Positions 1 through 7,076 of a stretch of 34,091 bases of DNA are shown here, piece after piece. Source of the stretch: Bifidobacteriaceae bacterium (GTDB lineage: Bacteria; Actinomycetota; Actinomycetes; Actinomycetales; WQXJ01); contig JAIROU010000131.1 in the NCBI GenBank assembly GCA_031257375.1, positions 1 to 34,091 of the forward strand, read 5' to 3'. Under the pieces are notes generated by a model. The model worked only from the letters and a program-made list of their open reading frames with translations. It searched no databases and had not been told where the DNA came from. The translations under genes and the position numbers were made by a program. Each line of letters opens with the position of its first letter. The first letter of the stretch is position 1.

Positions 1-1217
1 CTCAGCCCGCAGGTGGCGAAGGCGGATATGGACTCGAACAGGATGCGGGTCAGCGGCGCGTTCGAGACCAGCGACAAGATCAGCGCGCCGGTGAAGACGA
101 ACATGACCGAGGCCACCGCCACCGTCACCGCGACGCGCAGGACCGACGGCTCGAGGCGCCGGCCGAAGGCCTCCATGTCGCGGTCGCCGCGGGCCTCGGC
201 CCGGATCGCCAGCAGCATCACCGCCAGGGTGGTGACCTTGATCCCGCCGGCGGTCGAGGCCGAGCCCCCGCCCACAAACATGAGCGCGTCCTGGAGCAAG
301 GTGGTGGCCGGGTGCTGGTCGGTGACGGCGAAGGTGGCGAAGCCGCCGGACCGCGTCATGACCCCGGCGAACATGGTGTTGAGCAGGGTGGTGCTGGTGG
401 ACGCCGAGCTGAGGGTGTCAGGGTTGTTCCACTCGATAGCGGAGAAGGCGGCCCAAGCCAGGCCCAGCAGGGCCAGGCAGAAGGTGATCGTCAGCTTCGA
501 GTGCAAGGTCAGGAGCGAGGGCCGGCGCCAGTGCCGGGTCAAGTCCAAGATCACCGGGAAGCCGAGCGAGCCGACGAAGACCGCCGTCATGATCGGCGCC
601 AGGACCCACCAGTCGGAGGCGAAGGCCTCGAGCCCCCCGGCCGTGGGCGTGAAACCGGCGTTGTTGAAGGCTGAGACGCCGTAGAAAAGGCCGTGCCAAA
701 GGGCCGCGCCGGGGCTCTCCCCGGCCATCATGAAGCGCGGCGTCAAGATGGCCGTCAGCAGCAGTTCGGCCACGATCGAGATGATGGCGACGGCCCGCAC
801 CAGGACGCCGACCTCGCCCAGCCGCGAGGTCCGGGTTTCCGATGCCGCCAGCACCTTTGAGCGCAGGCCGAGGCGCCGGGAGGCCGCCAGCGACAGCATC
901 GACCCCAGCGTCATCACCCCCAGCCCGCCCACCTGCATCCCGGCCAGGATGGTCGCCTGGCCGAACCCGGACCAGTATTCGGCGGTCGAGACGGTCGTCA
1001 GGCCGGTGACGCAGACCGCCGAGGTGGCGGTGAAGATGGCGTCGATGACGTTCGGGGAGTACGGCCCGGCGCGGGCGATCGGCAGGCAGAGCAGGGCCGC
1101 GACGGCCAAGACCACCAGGCTGAAGGCCGCCACCGCCAGGCGGGCGGGCGAGGCGTGGCCGAGGCGGTCGCCAAGCGAGCGCGTCCGCCGCCCGCCGCTT
1201 GGCACGCCTTCCCGCAT
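1..1217 (-). CDS. trkH: TrkH/KtrB-family potassium uptake membrane protein (3' end runs off the window)
   Basis: Not in the ORF track; translated by hand from ATG 1217. Contains the four pore-loop motifs FTATSAVCVTGL, SAFNNAGF, TRSGGF and SAFATCGLS, plus GGGSASTAGGIKVTT. The + strand ORFs 13..684 and 730..1233 are its antisense shadows. Confidence 0.92.
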   Translation of the reverse strand, partial: MREGVPSGGRRTRSLGDRLGHASPARLAVAAFSLVVLAVAALLCLPIARAGPYSPNVIDAIFTATSAVCVTGLTTVSTAEYWSGFGQATILAGMQVGGLGVMTLGSMLSLAASRRLGLRSKVLAASETRTSRLGEVGVLVRAVAIISIVAELLLTAILTPRFMMAGESPGAALWHGLFYGVSAFNNAGFTPTAGGLEAFASDWWVLAPIMTAVFVGSLGFPVILDLTRHWRRPSLLTLHSKLTITFCLALLGLAWAAFSAIEWNNPDTLSSASTSTTLLNTMFAGVMTRSGGFATFAVTDQHPATTLLQDALMFVGGGSASTAGGIKVTTLAVMLLAIRAEARGDRDMEAFGRRLEPSVLRVAVTVAVASVMFVFTGALILSLVSNAPLTRILFESISAFATCGL

Positions 1218-1286
1218 GGGTTCACACTACTAACATCCGTCACTACAGTGGACATTGGCAACACCACTCACTCCTAAAGGCGCACC

Positions 1287-1493
1287 ATGTTTTCCAAGCC
1301 GGCGTTCTTGACCGTGTCGGAGGTCGCAGCCACCTTGCGTGTCTCCGACATGACCATCTACCGCCTGATCGCCTCCGGCGAGTTGCGGGCGCTGAAAGTC
1401 GGGCGCTCCTACCGCATCCCGTCCGAGGCGCTGGACGATTGGCTGGCGGACGGCGCCAACTGGGAGCCGGGCGCCGCGGCCAAGCGCGCCTGA
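1287..1493 (+). CDS. Excisionase-like helix-turn-helix DNA-binding protein (HTH_17, Rv0500A-like)
   Basis: FLTVSEVAATLRVSDMTIYRLIASGELRALKVGRSYRIP pattern; conserved actinobacterial position upstream of bS22; AAAGG RBS. Confidence 0.9.
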   Translation: MFSKPAFLTVSEVAATLRVSDMTIYRLIASGELRALKVGRSYRIPSEALDDWLADGANWEPGAAAKRA

Positions 1494-1522
1494 CCGGCCG
1501 GGCGCGCGCCAGGGGCGCCAGG

Positions 1523-2053
1523 TCAGCAGCGCCAGTTGACCTTGGCCGGATTCGGCTCGTCGGGCACCGCCACCGCCCGCAAGGCGGCCTCCATCTTGGC
1601 GCATTCTTGGGCGGCGACGGCATCGTAAACCTCTGGCCGCTGGCCCGTCCCCAGGCCGTCGTAAGCGATCGCGGCCGGGCCGTAAAAGGCCATCCCCAAA
1701 CAGTGCGTCGGGGCGTGGATGCTCGAGGCGGCCTGCCCGATCGCCCGCGCCGCCGCCTGCGCGGCCGGGTCGTGGTCCAGCGACCGGGCGGCGGCGTGGC
1801 ACTGGTCGAGAATGGCCCTCTTGGCCGCCGGCAGCTTGATCTCCCCGGCCAGCCAAGCGCGGGCGGCCCGCAAAGCCTGGCTGGGCCGGTCGTCATCGGG
1901 CTGCCGGCGGGCGTAGATCGGCCAGAGGTTGGCCTCGGCGTAATCCAAGCACCAGTTCACCAGGGTGGCCTTCGACTGCGTCTCGATCAACCGCATCAAA
2001 GACACGATGTGGGGCGAGTCCGCCCTGCCCAAAGTCTTGCGAACGGTCGCCAT
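1523..2053 (-). CDS. Putative immunity protein (Imm5-like family)
   Basis: DDRPxxALxAARAWLxGEIK...HAAAR...AAARAIGQAASSIH helical pattern typical of Imm5-like proteins; GAGGAAAGG RBS upstream. Confidence 0.7.
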   Translation of the reverse strand: MATVRKTLGRADSPHIVSLMRLIETQSKATLVNWCLDYAEANLWPIYARRQPDDDRPSQALRAARAWLAGEIKLPAAKRAILDQCHAAARSLDHDPAAQAAARAIGQAASSIHAPTHCLGMAFYGPAAIAYDGLGTGQRPEVYDAVAAQECAKMEAALRAVAVPDEPNPAKVNWRC

Positions 2054-2232
2054 CGCCGCCCTTTCCTCGTTCCGGCGTGCCGCCCCCGGCCTGGCGCGGT
2101 CCGGTCGGCCAGGCCCATGGTACCGGCCTGGCCGAGCGGCACCCGGCCCGGTCGCTGGACGCGGTAGGATGCTGAACCAGTGTCTTCGCTGAAGACTGGC
2201 AGGTTAGCTATCAACAGAACTGTGAGGACTCT

Positions 2233-2331
2233 ATGGGGTCGGTAATCAAGAAGCGCCGCAAGCGGATGGCCAAGAAGAAGCACCGCAAACTGCTGCGCAA
2301 GACCCGCCACCAGCGGCGCAACAAGAAGTAG
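2233..2331 (+). CDS. 30S ribosomal protein bS22 (AURKAIP1/COX24 domain, Rv0500B-like)
   Basis: Below the ORF-track cutoff. [32 protein letters not shown] is the near-invariant actinobacterial sequence; GAGGA RBS. Confidence 0.97.
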   Translation: MGSVIKKRRKRMAKKKHRKLLRKTRHQRRNKK

Positions 2332-2348
2332 CGGCCGTACAGGCCTGC

Positions 2349-2384
2349 GGCCCGGCGCTCGAAGACCCGAGAGCCGGGCCTTTT
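2349..2384 (+). terminator. Intrinsic terminator after bS22
   Basis: GGCCCGGC...GCCGGGCC stem with inner CTCG/CGAG pairing, followed by TTTT. Confidence 0.75.
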
Positions 2385-2450
2385 GCGTGCCCGTTTCAAC
2401 CGGCCGGGCAGCCCCGCCGGGCCGTCGGCCGACCGCGGGCGAGCGGGGAC

Positions 2451-3293
2451 TCAGCGCCGCCCCGGCCGGCGGCGCCAGCCGCGCCGGAAGCGCTGGATCA
2501 CCACCCACAGAGCCCAGACCGCGCCCACCCGGGAGACCGCCCGCAGCGAGCGGCGCACGGCCCGGCGCTGGTCGCGGAACTCGCGCATCGGCCAGCGGCG
2601 CTGGCGGCAGTAGCGGCGCAGGCGCCTGTCCGGATTGATCCCGCAGGGATGGCCGACCAGCGAGAGGATCGGGATGTCGTTGGCCGAGTCGCCGTAGGCG
2701 TAACAAGCCTCCAGGTCGAACCCCCGGGCTTGGGCCAGCGCCTTCGCGGCCGTGGCTTTGGCCGGGCCGTGCAGCAGGCCGCCCACCAGGCGCCCGGTGA
2801 AGTATCCGTCAACCGCCTCGGCCTCGGTGCCGAGCCCGCCGGTCGCGCCGACGCGGGCCGCCAGCAGGTCCACCACGGCGGTCGGGGAGGCCGAGACCAG
2901 CCAAACCTCGTGACCCCGCGCCAAGTGCTCGTCAACCAGGTCCTTGGCGCCCGGAAAGACCCGCGCCGCCAAGACCTCGTCCCAGACTTCCTCCGCCACC
3001 GCCACCATCTGCGCGACCGGCTGCCCCCGGATGGCGTCAAGCGAATGTGTCCGGGCCGCGGCCACGCCGCTGTCCGATTCCCCGAACAGCATGTACCGCA
3101 AATTCATGCGCGAGAACCGGACAATGTCCCGCAGCGACAGCAGCCGCCGCCGGAACAGCCCGACGCCCAAGTGGAAAACGCTCGCCCCGCGCAAGATGGT
3201 GTTGTCGACGTCGAACAACGCCGCCACCACGCCCGGCGCTGTGGACTGGCCGGCCGGTTGGGCAGGTGGCGCTTGGCCGAGCGATTCGGTCAC
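2451..3293 (-). CDS. HAD-IB family hydrolase (SerB1/Rv0505c-like phosphatase)
   Basis: Motif I FDVDNT, motif II LVSAS, motif III K, motif IV AYGDSANDIP, and INPD. Confidence 0.9.
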   Translation of the reverse strand: MTESLGQAPPAQPAGQSTAPGVVAALFDVDNTILRGASVFHLGVGLFRRRLLSLRDIVRFSRMNLRYMLFGESDSGVAAARTHSLDAIRGQPVAQMVAVAEEVWDEVLAARVFPGAKDLVDEHLARGHEVWLVSASPTAVVDLLAARVGATGGLGTEAEAVDGYFTGRLVGGLLHGPAKATAAKALAQARGFDLEACYAYGDSANDIPILSLVGHPCGINPDRRLRRYCRQRRWPMREFRDQRRAVRRSLRAVSRVGAVWALWVVIQRFRRGWRRRPGRR

Positions 3294-3400
3294 TAGACCA
3301 AGTATTCCCTGGTACGCGGCGGCCCGCCAATCGCCCTGGCCCAGGCGGCGGCATCGTGCTCCAATTGGACCTTCGCGGCGCGGGCATCCAAACTAGAGAC

Positions 3401-4036
3401 ATGGCCCGGCCGCGAACCACCATCCATCTTGTCCGCCACGGCGAAGTCCACAACCCCGACCATGTTGTCTACGAGCGCCTGCCCGGCTATCACCTGTCGG
3501 AGCGCGGCCGCCAGATGGCCCGGCGGGTGGCCGAGCACTTCGCGGCCACCCCCACCCCGGCGGTCGACTTGCTGGTGGCGAGCCCGCTGGAGCGGGCGCA
3601 GGAGACGGCCGCCCCGATCGCGGAGGCCCTGGGCCTGGCGATCCGGGCCGAGCCGAGGGTCATAGAAGCGGGCTCGAGCTTCGCCGGCCAGCGCGTCAGC
3701 GTGCCCAATCTGCTCAAGCCGCGAACGGCCAAGCGGCTTTTCAACCCGCTCAAGCCGTCCTGGGGCGAGCCGTTCAGCGACATCGCCGCGCGGATGCACG
3801 CGGTCTTGGCGGAGTTGCGCGAGGAGGCGCCGGGCGGGCGGGTGATCGTCGTCTCGCACCAGTCCCCGATCTGGCGGGCGCGCCTGGCGGCGGAGGGGCG
3901 CCCGCTGTGGCCGCTGCCGCGCGGCCGGGCCTGCTCGCTGGCCTCGATCACATCGCTGGTCTACGAGGGCGAGCGGCTCAGCGCGGTCCACTATTACGAG
4001 CCGGCCGCCGCCCTGCTGCCGCCCGAACTGCGCTGA
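3401..4036 (+). CDS. Histidine phosphatase / phosphoglycerate mutase family protein (Rv0525-like)
   Basis: LVRHGEVHNP, SPLERAQETA and VSHQ motifs. Start moved to ATG 3401 from the track ORF 3047..4036. Confidence 0.9.
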   Translation: MARPRTTIHLVRHGEVHNPDHVVYERLPGYHLSERGRQMARRVAEHFAATPTPAVDLLVASPLERAQETAAPIAEALGLAIRAEPRVIEAGSSFAGQRVSVPNLLKPRTAKRLFNPLKPSWGEPFSDIAARMHAVLAELREEAPGGRVIVVSHQSPIWRARLAAEGRPLWPLPRGRACSLASITSLVYEGERLSAVHYYEPAAALLPPELR

Positions 4037-4175
4037 GACGGACCGGGCGGCCGACGGCGGCGCGGGCAATCGGCATCGGCGGCGGTTGTGCGGCGGTGGC
4101 GGCACGACGGGCGCGGGGCCTGTTTGGCTGTCCGATGCCGCGTCCGCGCAGGTCGCAGCGTTGTCGAAGGGCCTC

Positions 4176-4562
4176 TCAGCCCTTGTCGCCGCCGGGCGGC
4201 TCATCGCCGGCGCCGTCCTGCTTCTCCCGGCGCCGCCGCTCGCGCTCGCGCCGGGCCTGTTCCTCGGCCAGGTGGCGCAGGAAGTCCGGGTTGTCGTCCG
4301 GGGCGACCGGCCCGGGACGGCGCGGCGTGCGCCGCGGCAGGGCGCCGGGCGGCCCCCCGGCGGCCGCGCGCAGGCGGGGCTTGGCGATCTTCGAGACGGC
4401 CAGCCAGGCCAGCGGCCCGAAGTAGGGGAAAAGGATGATGATCACGATCCACAAGGCCTTCGGCACCGAGGTGCGCTCAATGTTGTCGTCAACGGCGCAG
4501 TCCACGATCGCGTAAATCATCAGGACCAGCGGGAGCACGTACAGCAACAGGACTCTGGCCAC
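4176..4562 (-). CDS. PLD nuclease N-terminal (PLDc_N) domain membrane protein
   Basis: IYAIVDC...PKALWIVIIILFPYFGPLAWL two-helix motif and APDDNPDFL tail. Start chosen at GTG 4562, 8 nt after a TAGGCT -10. Confidence 0.85.
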   Translation of the reverse strand: MARVLLLYVLPLVLMIYAIVDCAVDDNIERTSVPKALWIVIIILFPYFGPLAWLAVSKIAKPRLRAAAGGPPGALPRRTPRRPGPVAPDDNPDFLRHLAEEQARRERERRRREKQDGAGDEPPGGDKG

Positions 4563-4611
4563 GGAGACCAAGCCTAGCGACCGTTCCTGGGCCGCACATC
4601 AACTCACCGGC

Positions 4612-4794
4612 GCGACGCTGCCAGCGGACTTGCAGCGTCGCCCGCCAATTGCAAGCAAACCCGGACTTCACTTGGAATTTGGCCCCGCCGCTGCCAGTTG
4701 ACTTGGAGCGTGACCAGGAAGTTGCAAGCAAACCCGGACTTCACTTGCAATTTGGCCCCGACGCTCCCAATGAAACCGCATTTACTTGTAGTAT
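4612..4794. repeat. 73-bp-period tandem repeat with palindromic subunits upstream of the Fic gene
   Basis: TTGCAAGCAAACCCGGACTTCACTTG(G/C)AATTTGGCCCCG at 4649-4687 and 4722-4760 (38/39 identical); 10-bp-arm hairpin at 4612-4641. Confidence 0.85.
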
Positions 4795-4800
4795 CGGGCT

Positions 4801-5958
4801 GTGGATCCCGCGCAGTACCAGCCCTCCGACTTCGGACAGGCGACCCGTGAGCCGGGCGACAAACGGGCGTTCTGGTATTTCATGCCGACTCCGATTCCGC
4901 AGTCATTGACCCTCGACGCGGCGACCGTCGTAGCGCTGTCCGAGGCGGACTCGGCTCTCGGCCTGCTGGAGGGCCTTGGTCGGCTGGTTCGTGACCCGCA
5001 GACTCTGATCGGGCCGTCTTTGCGCCGCGAAGCGCTCGCCAGTTCGCGCATCGAAGGGACGCAGGCGTCACTCTCGGACGTGCTGCGGGCTGAAGTCGGG
5101 GCCGCGGGCGGGGAAGACACAGCCGAGGTCGAACGCTATCTGGCAGCCGCCAAACGCGGTTATGACTTGATGGAGCGTTTGCCGATCACCGGCCGCATGA
5201 TCCGCGAGTTGCACGAGATTCTGTTGCGCGGCGGACGGGGCCAGACCAGAACGCCGGGGGAGTTCAGACGTTCGCCGGTCTGGGTGGGCGCGGCAGGCGA
5301 GACGCTGGACAACGCCCGATTCGTGCCGCCGCCGCCAGGGCAGCTATCAGATTTGATGGCGGATTGGGAGAAGTTCGTCAACCAGCCGTCCCCACAGCCG
5401 CCGCTGATCCGCTGCGCGCTGATGCACTACCAATTCGAGACCATCCATCCGTTCCTGGACGGAAATGGCCGGATCGGGCGACTGCTGATCAACTTGATGC
5501 TGGTCCAGGAGAAGCGGCTGACCATACCGCTGCTCTACGTCTCGGGCTACCTCGAGGCCAATCGCCGCGACTACTACGACCGTCTGCAGGCGGTCCGCGA
5601 GCGCGGCGACATTCAGGGCTGGCTGGACTTCTTCCTGCGGGCCGTGCGCGGTTCGGCCGCCGATGCCGTGGCGCGGGCCGGCGCGCTGATCGAGTTGCGG
5701 GAGGCCTTCTTGGCGGACGCCGCCTCCGCCCGGTCGCGGTTGCCCCGGCTGATCAACCCGATTATCGACAACCCCTACCTAACGGTTGATCGAATCAGCC
5801 GTGAACTGGGTCTGAGCACCCAAGGCGCCCGGAACTTGATCCGCCAGGCCCAGGAGAAAGGCTGGGTCAGCGAAGTCGGCACAGCGGGCCGAGGCGGGCG
5901 CATGTATTGGCTGGCCGACCGGGTGTTGACGGCCATGGAGCAACCACCGTCCCACTAA
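4801..5958 (+). CDS. Fic family protein (N-terminal inhibitory helix, Fic domain, C-terminal HTH)
   Basis: Canonical HPFLDGNGRIGR motif; SSRIEG matches the (S/T)xxxE(G/N) inhibitory motif; LTVDRISRELGLSTQGARNLI is HTH-like. Confidence 0.93.
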   Translation: MDPAQYQPSDFGQATREPGDKRAFWYFMPTPIPQSLTLDAATVVALSEADSALGLLEGLGRLVRDPQTLIGPSLRREALASSRIEGTQASLSDVLRAEVGAAGGEDTAEVERYLAAAKRGYDLMERLPITGRMIRELHEILLRGGRGQTRTPGEFRRSPVWVGAAGETLDNARFVPPPPGQLSDLMADWEKFVNQPSPQPPLIRCALMHYQFETIHPFLDGNGRIGRLLINLMLVQEKRLTIPLLYVSGYLEANRRDYYDRLQAVRERGDIQGWLDFFLRAVRGSAADAVARAGALIELREAFLADAASARSRLPRLINPIIDNPYLTVDRISRELGLSTQGARNLIRQAQEKGWVSEVGTAGRGGRMYWLADRVLTAMEQPPSH

Positions 5959-6008
5959 AGCCGCCGGCCCACCGCTTCGGCCTGCGCCGCCAGCCTGCGA
6001 GCGGACCC

Positions 6009-7013
6009 TCACGTCGTTTTGGCAGTCCGCGGCGGGGCAGTGGACTGGCGCACCACCAGGGTGACGGGCAGTTCGTAGCGGCCTGTTCCGGCGACCGGGC
6101 CGGCCGCGCCGGAGACTCGCCTAACGGCGGCCGCGCCCATCTCCTCAAGGGGTTGGCGCACCGTGGTGAGCTGCGGCGAGACCCATTGGCACAGGGCGAC
6201 GTCGTCAAAACCGACCACCGACACGTCGTCCGGCACCCGCAACCCCCGGTCGCGGGCCGCCTCGTAGACGCCATAGGCCTGCTCGTCGGAGCACGAGAAG
6301 ATGGCCGTCGGCGGGTCGGGCAGGTCGAGCAAGGCGCCACCGTGGGACCGGCCGCCGGCGCCCAGCGAGTCGCCGTGACGGACCAGGGCCGGATCGGCGG
6401 CCAGGCCGGCCCGGCGGTGCGCCGCTCCCCAGCCGTCCAGGCGGTCGGCCGAGCAGACCTCGCGCTCCGGGCCGGTGATGATGCCGACGCGGCGGTGCCC
6501 CAGGGTCAGCAGATGCTCGGTCGCTGCCAGCCCGCCCGCCCAGTTCGCCGCCGTGATCGAGACCAGGTCGCTGGCCGCCGATCCGACCGGGTCCAACAGC
6601 ACGACCGGCATGTTCCGCCGGGACAGGACTTTCCGCGTCGCCTGGGACAGTTCGGACACGACCACGATCACGCCCTCCGAGCCGCGTCTGGCCACCCGGT
6701 CGAGCCAACCCGGCTCGGCTTCGGGGCCGTCAAAATCGGTCGTGATGATGACGTCCAGGCCCTCGTCCTGCGCCTCCGCGTTGACGCCTCTGACCAGGCC
6801 GATGGCCCATTGCGAGTCGATGCCAGGGATCAACAGGTCGACAATCCCGGGGCCGGCCCGCCGCCGCCGCTGGTAGCCGGTCTCCGCGACCGCCAGCTCG
6901 ACCGCCTGGCGCGTGCCGGGGCCGACCCCGCGACGGCCGTTGAGCACCTTCGACACCGTCGGCACGGAGACGCCCGCGCGGGCGGCGACCTCGGCGATGG
7001 TCACGGCGGTCAT
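6009..7013 (-). CDS. LacI family transcriptional regulator
   Basis: [25 protein letters not shown]; [12 protein letters not shown] and PQLTTVRQP; AAGGA RBS. Confidence 0.95.
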   Translation of the reverse strand: MTAVTIAEVAARAGVSVPTVSKVLNGRRGVGPGTRQAVELAVAETGYQRRRRAGPGIVDLLIPGIDSQWAIGLVRGVNAEAQDEGLDVIITTDFDGPEAEPGWLDRVARRGSEGVIVVVSELSQATRKVLSRRNMPVVLLDPVGSAASDLVSITAANWAGGLAATEHLLTLGHRRVGIITGPEREVCSADRLDGWGAAHRRAGLAADPALVRHGDSLGAGGRSHGGALLDLPDPPTAIFSCSDEQAYGVYEAARDRGLRVPDDVSVVGFDDVALCQWVSPQLTTVRQPLEEMGAAAVRRVSGAAGPVAGTGRYELPVTLVVRQSTAPPRTAKTT

Positions 7014-7059
7014 GGCGATTTCGTCCTTCCGTTGGGCGGTGATCCAACTTTACGCTGTG

Positions 7060-7076
7060 TCTAGAAACTTTCGCGA
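7060..7076. promoter_or_regulatory. Probable LacI-family operator upstream of the lacI-type gene
   Basis: Imperfect palindrome TCTAGAAACTTTCGCGA just upstream of a minus-strand TAAAGT -10; related sequence AACAGAAAGTTGCCGGA at 10098-10114. Confidence 0.55.

Noticed and set aside
1287-1493. Prophage or ICE excisionase marking an integrated element
   Set aside because: No integrase or att site; this HTH gene is a conserved chromosomal neighbour of bS22 in Actinobacteria.
4649-4760. Mini CRISPR array (39-bp repeats, 34-bp spacer)
   Set aside because: Only two repeats; the spacer resembles the sequence before the first repeat, indicating tandem duplication; no cas genes in the window.
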